DNA of 64,000 nt from an uncultured Syntrophobacteraceae bacterium (GTDB lineage Bacteria; Desulfobacterota; Binatia; UBA9968): the NCBI GenBank assembly GCA_964404195.1, contig CAYOJC010000007.1, positions 16,772 through 80,771 of the forward strand, written 5' to 3'. Shown here piece by piece: positions 63,047 through 64,000 of the stretch. The position numbers were made by a program, and so were the translations under genes. How positions within the stretch are numbered: position 1 is the first letter of the stretch; each line of letters begins with the position of its first letter. The notes beneath the pieces are model-generated. The model ran no database searches. It was not told the DNA's origin and was given only the letters and a program-made list of their open reading frames with translations.

Positions 63047-64000
63047 ATGATCTTATTTGTAATCGCCGTTAGCTTCGGCTCGTTGCTGTTTGCGGTCTAT
63101 CTGGCGCGCTGGGTGCTGCGCAAGGACACCGGGACGCAGGCCATGCAAGAGATTTCCAACGCCATCAAAGAAGGGGCCGAAGCCTTTCTGGCGCGGCAGA
63201 ACAAAACCATCGTTACGCTGGCCGTCGTGCTGGCGGCGTTGATCTTCATCCTTTACGGTTTCGTGCGCGCGCCGAATTCGGCCGATCCTGTCCAGCCGCT
63301 GGAGCTGGCCTTCTGGACGACCCTTTCCTTCGTGCTCGGCGCGTTGTGCTCGGTGATCGCGGGCTATATCGGGATGTGGGTGTCGATCCGGGCCAACATC
63401 CGCACCGCCTCGGCCGTAAGAACAAGTTTGAATGACGCGCTGCGCATCGCGCTTCGCGGCGGGGCGGTTTCCGGATTGTTCGTAGTCGCGATGAGCCTGC
63501 TCGGGGTCGGCGGGCTCTACGCTCTGCTCCAATCGATGGGCCACGACCCGCAGAAAATCCCGTTCACGATCGTCGGCTACGGCTTCGGCGCCTCTTTCGT
63601 CGCTCTTTTCGCCCAGCTCGGCGGAGGAATTTTCACCAAGGCGGCGGACGTCGGCGCCGACCTGGTGGGAAAAGTAGAAGCGGGGATACCGGAAGACGAT
63701 CCGCGCAATCCGGCGGTCATCGCCGACCTTGTGGGAGACAACGTCGGGGATTGCGCCGGCAGAGGCGCCGACCTCTTCGAGTCCACCGCCGCGGAAAATA
63801 TCGGCGCGATGATTCTCGGCGTCGGCCTGTTCCCGTACTTCGGACTCAAGGGCATTTTGTTTCCCCTGGTCGCCCGCGCTTTAGGATTGATCGCTTCCAT
63901 CGTCGGCGTCATGGTCGTCAAGACCGAGGAAAAAGGCGACCCGATGGCCGCTCTCAACCGCGGCTACTACGTGACGACGTTTCTGGCAATCGTTGGATTT
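63047..64000 (+). CDS. hppA: Membrane-bound proton/sodium-translocating pyrophosphatase (5' part; runs off the window)
   Basis: This ORF is open to the window end and is absent from the ORF track. It carries MQEISNAIKEGAEAFLARQ and GGGIFTKAADVGADLVGKVEAGIPEDDPRNPAVIADLVGDNVGDCAGRGADLFES, which are canonical H+-PPase motifs. Confidence 0.9.
   Translation, partial: MILFVIAVSFGSLLFAVYLARWVLRKDTGTQAMQEISNAIKEGAEAFLARQNKTIVTLAVVLAALIFILYGFVRAPNSADPVQPLELAFWTTLSFVLGALCSVIAGYIGMWVSIRANIRTASAVRTSLNDALRIALRGGAVSGLFVVAMSLLGVGGLYALLQSMGHDPQKIPFTIVGYGFGASFVALFAQLGGGIFTKAADVGADLVGKVEAGIPEDDPRNPAVIADLVGDNVGDCAGRGADLFESTAAENIGAMILGVGLFPYFGLKGILFPLVARALGLIASIVGVMVVKTEEKGDPMAALNRGYYVTTFLAIVGF

Overview
This is a 64-kb, high-G+C chromosomal segment from a diderm-type bacterium (LptE-like lipoprotein, TatC, class A PBP, H+-pyrophosphatase). 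It is probably an environmental or MAG genome; I cannot assign taxonomy by eye. I saw no rRNA, tRNA, CRISPR array, integrase or transposase.

Gene content, left to right:
- Accessory genes (1-11 kb): COG2984-type orphan ABC substrate-binding proteins (SBPs; four paralogs across the window, one frameshifted), a DUF5678-like/retropepsin-like pair, a 4x PKD-like membrane-anchored protein, a universal stress protein (Usp), hydrolases, a JAMM peptidase and a lytic transglycosylase.
- A catabolic-looking cluster (11.2-20.9 kb, plus 25.2-26.6 kb): three UbiD-family decarboxylases, two overlapping family III CoA-transferases and a NitT/TauT-type ABC importer.
- A low-G+C islet (20.9-25.2 kb): an Mrr-like nuclease gene and small toxin-antitoxin cassettes.
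- A TM/spermidine-synthase-like/TPR fusion, proC, a GAF histidine kinase, an HtrA-like protein, a radical SAM gene and a GldG/ABC-2 exporter set.
- A housekeeping block: yceD-rpmF-plsX-fabD-fabG-acpP, rpiB-glyA, nrdR-ribD...ribE-ribBA-ribH-nusB, leuS-lptE, rpsT, PBP1A, tatC and hppA (partial).

Most notable observations:
1. The 3' end of the third UbiD gene is present three times in direct orientation. The copies differ almost only at synonymous sites, and sub-kb toxin-antitoxin cassettes sit between them. This looks like serial site-specific accretion without a visible recombinase.
2. The intergenic space is densely colonised by several dispersed, modular, sometimes nested palindromic repeat families. 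Many are built from tandem heptamers or nonamers and sit exactly between operon genes.
3. The riboflavin operon is split by a 3.9-kb SBP/AlbA_2/SBP insertion.
4. The DHBP-synthase half of RibBA and the catalytic triad of the HtrA-like protein both look degenerate.

All calls rest on motifs read from the supplied translations and on hand alignments. No database search was run.
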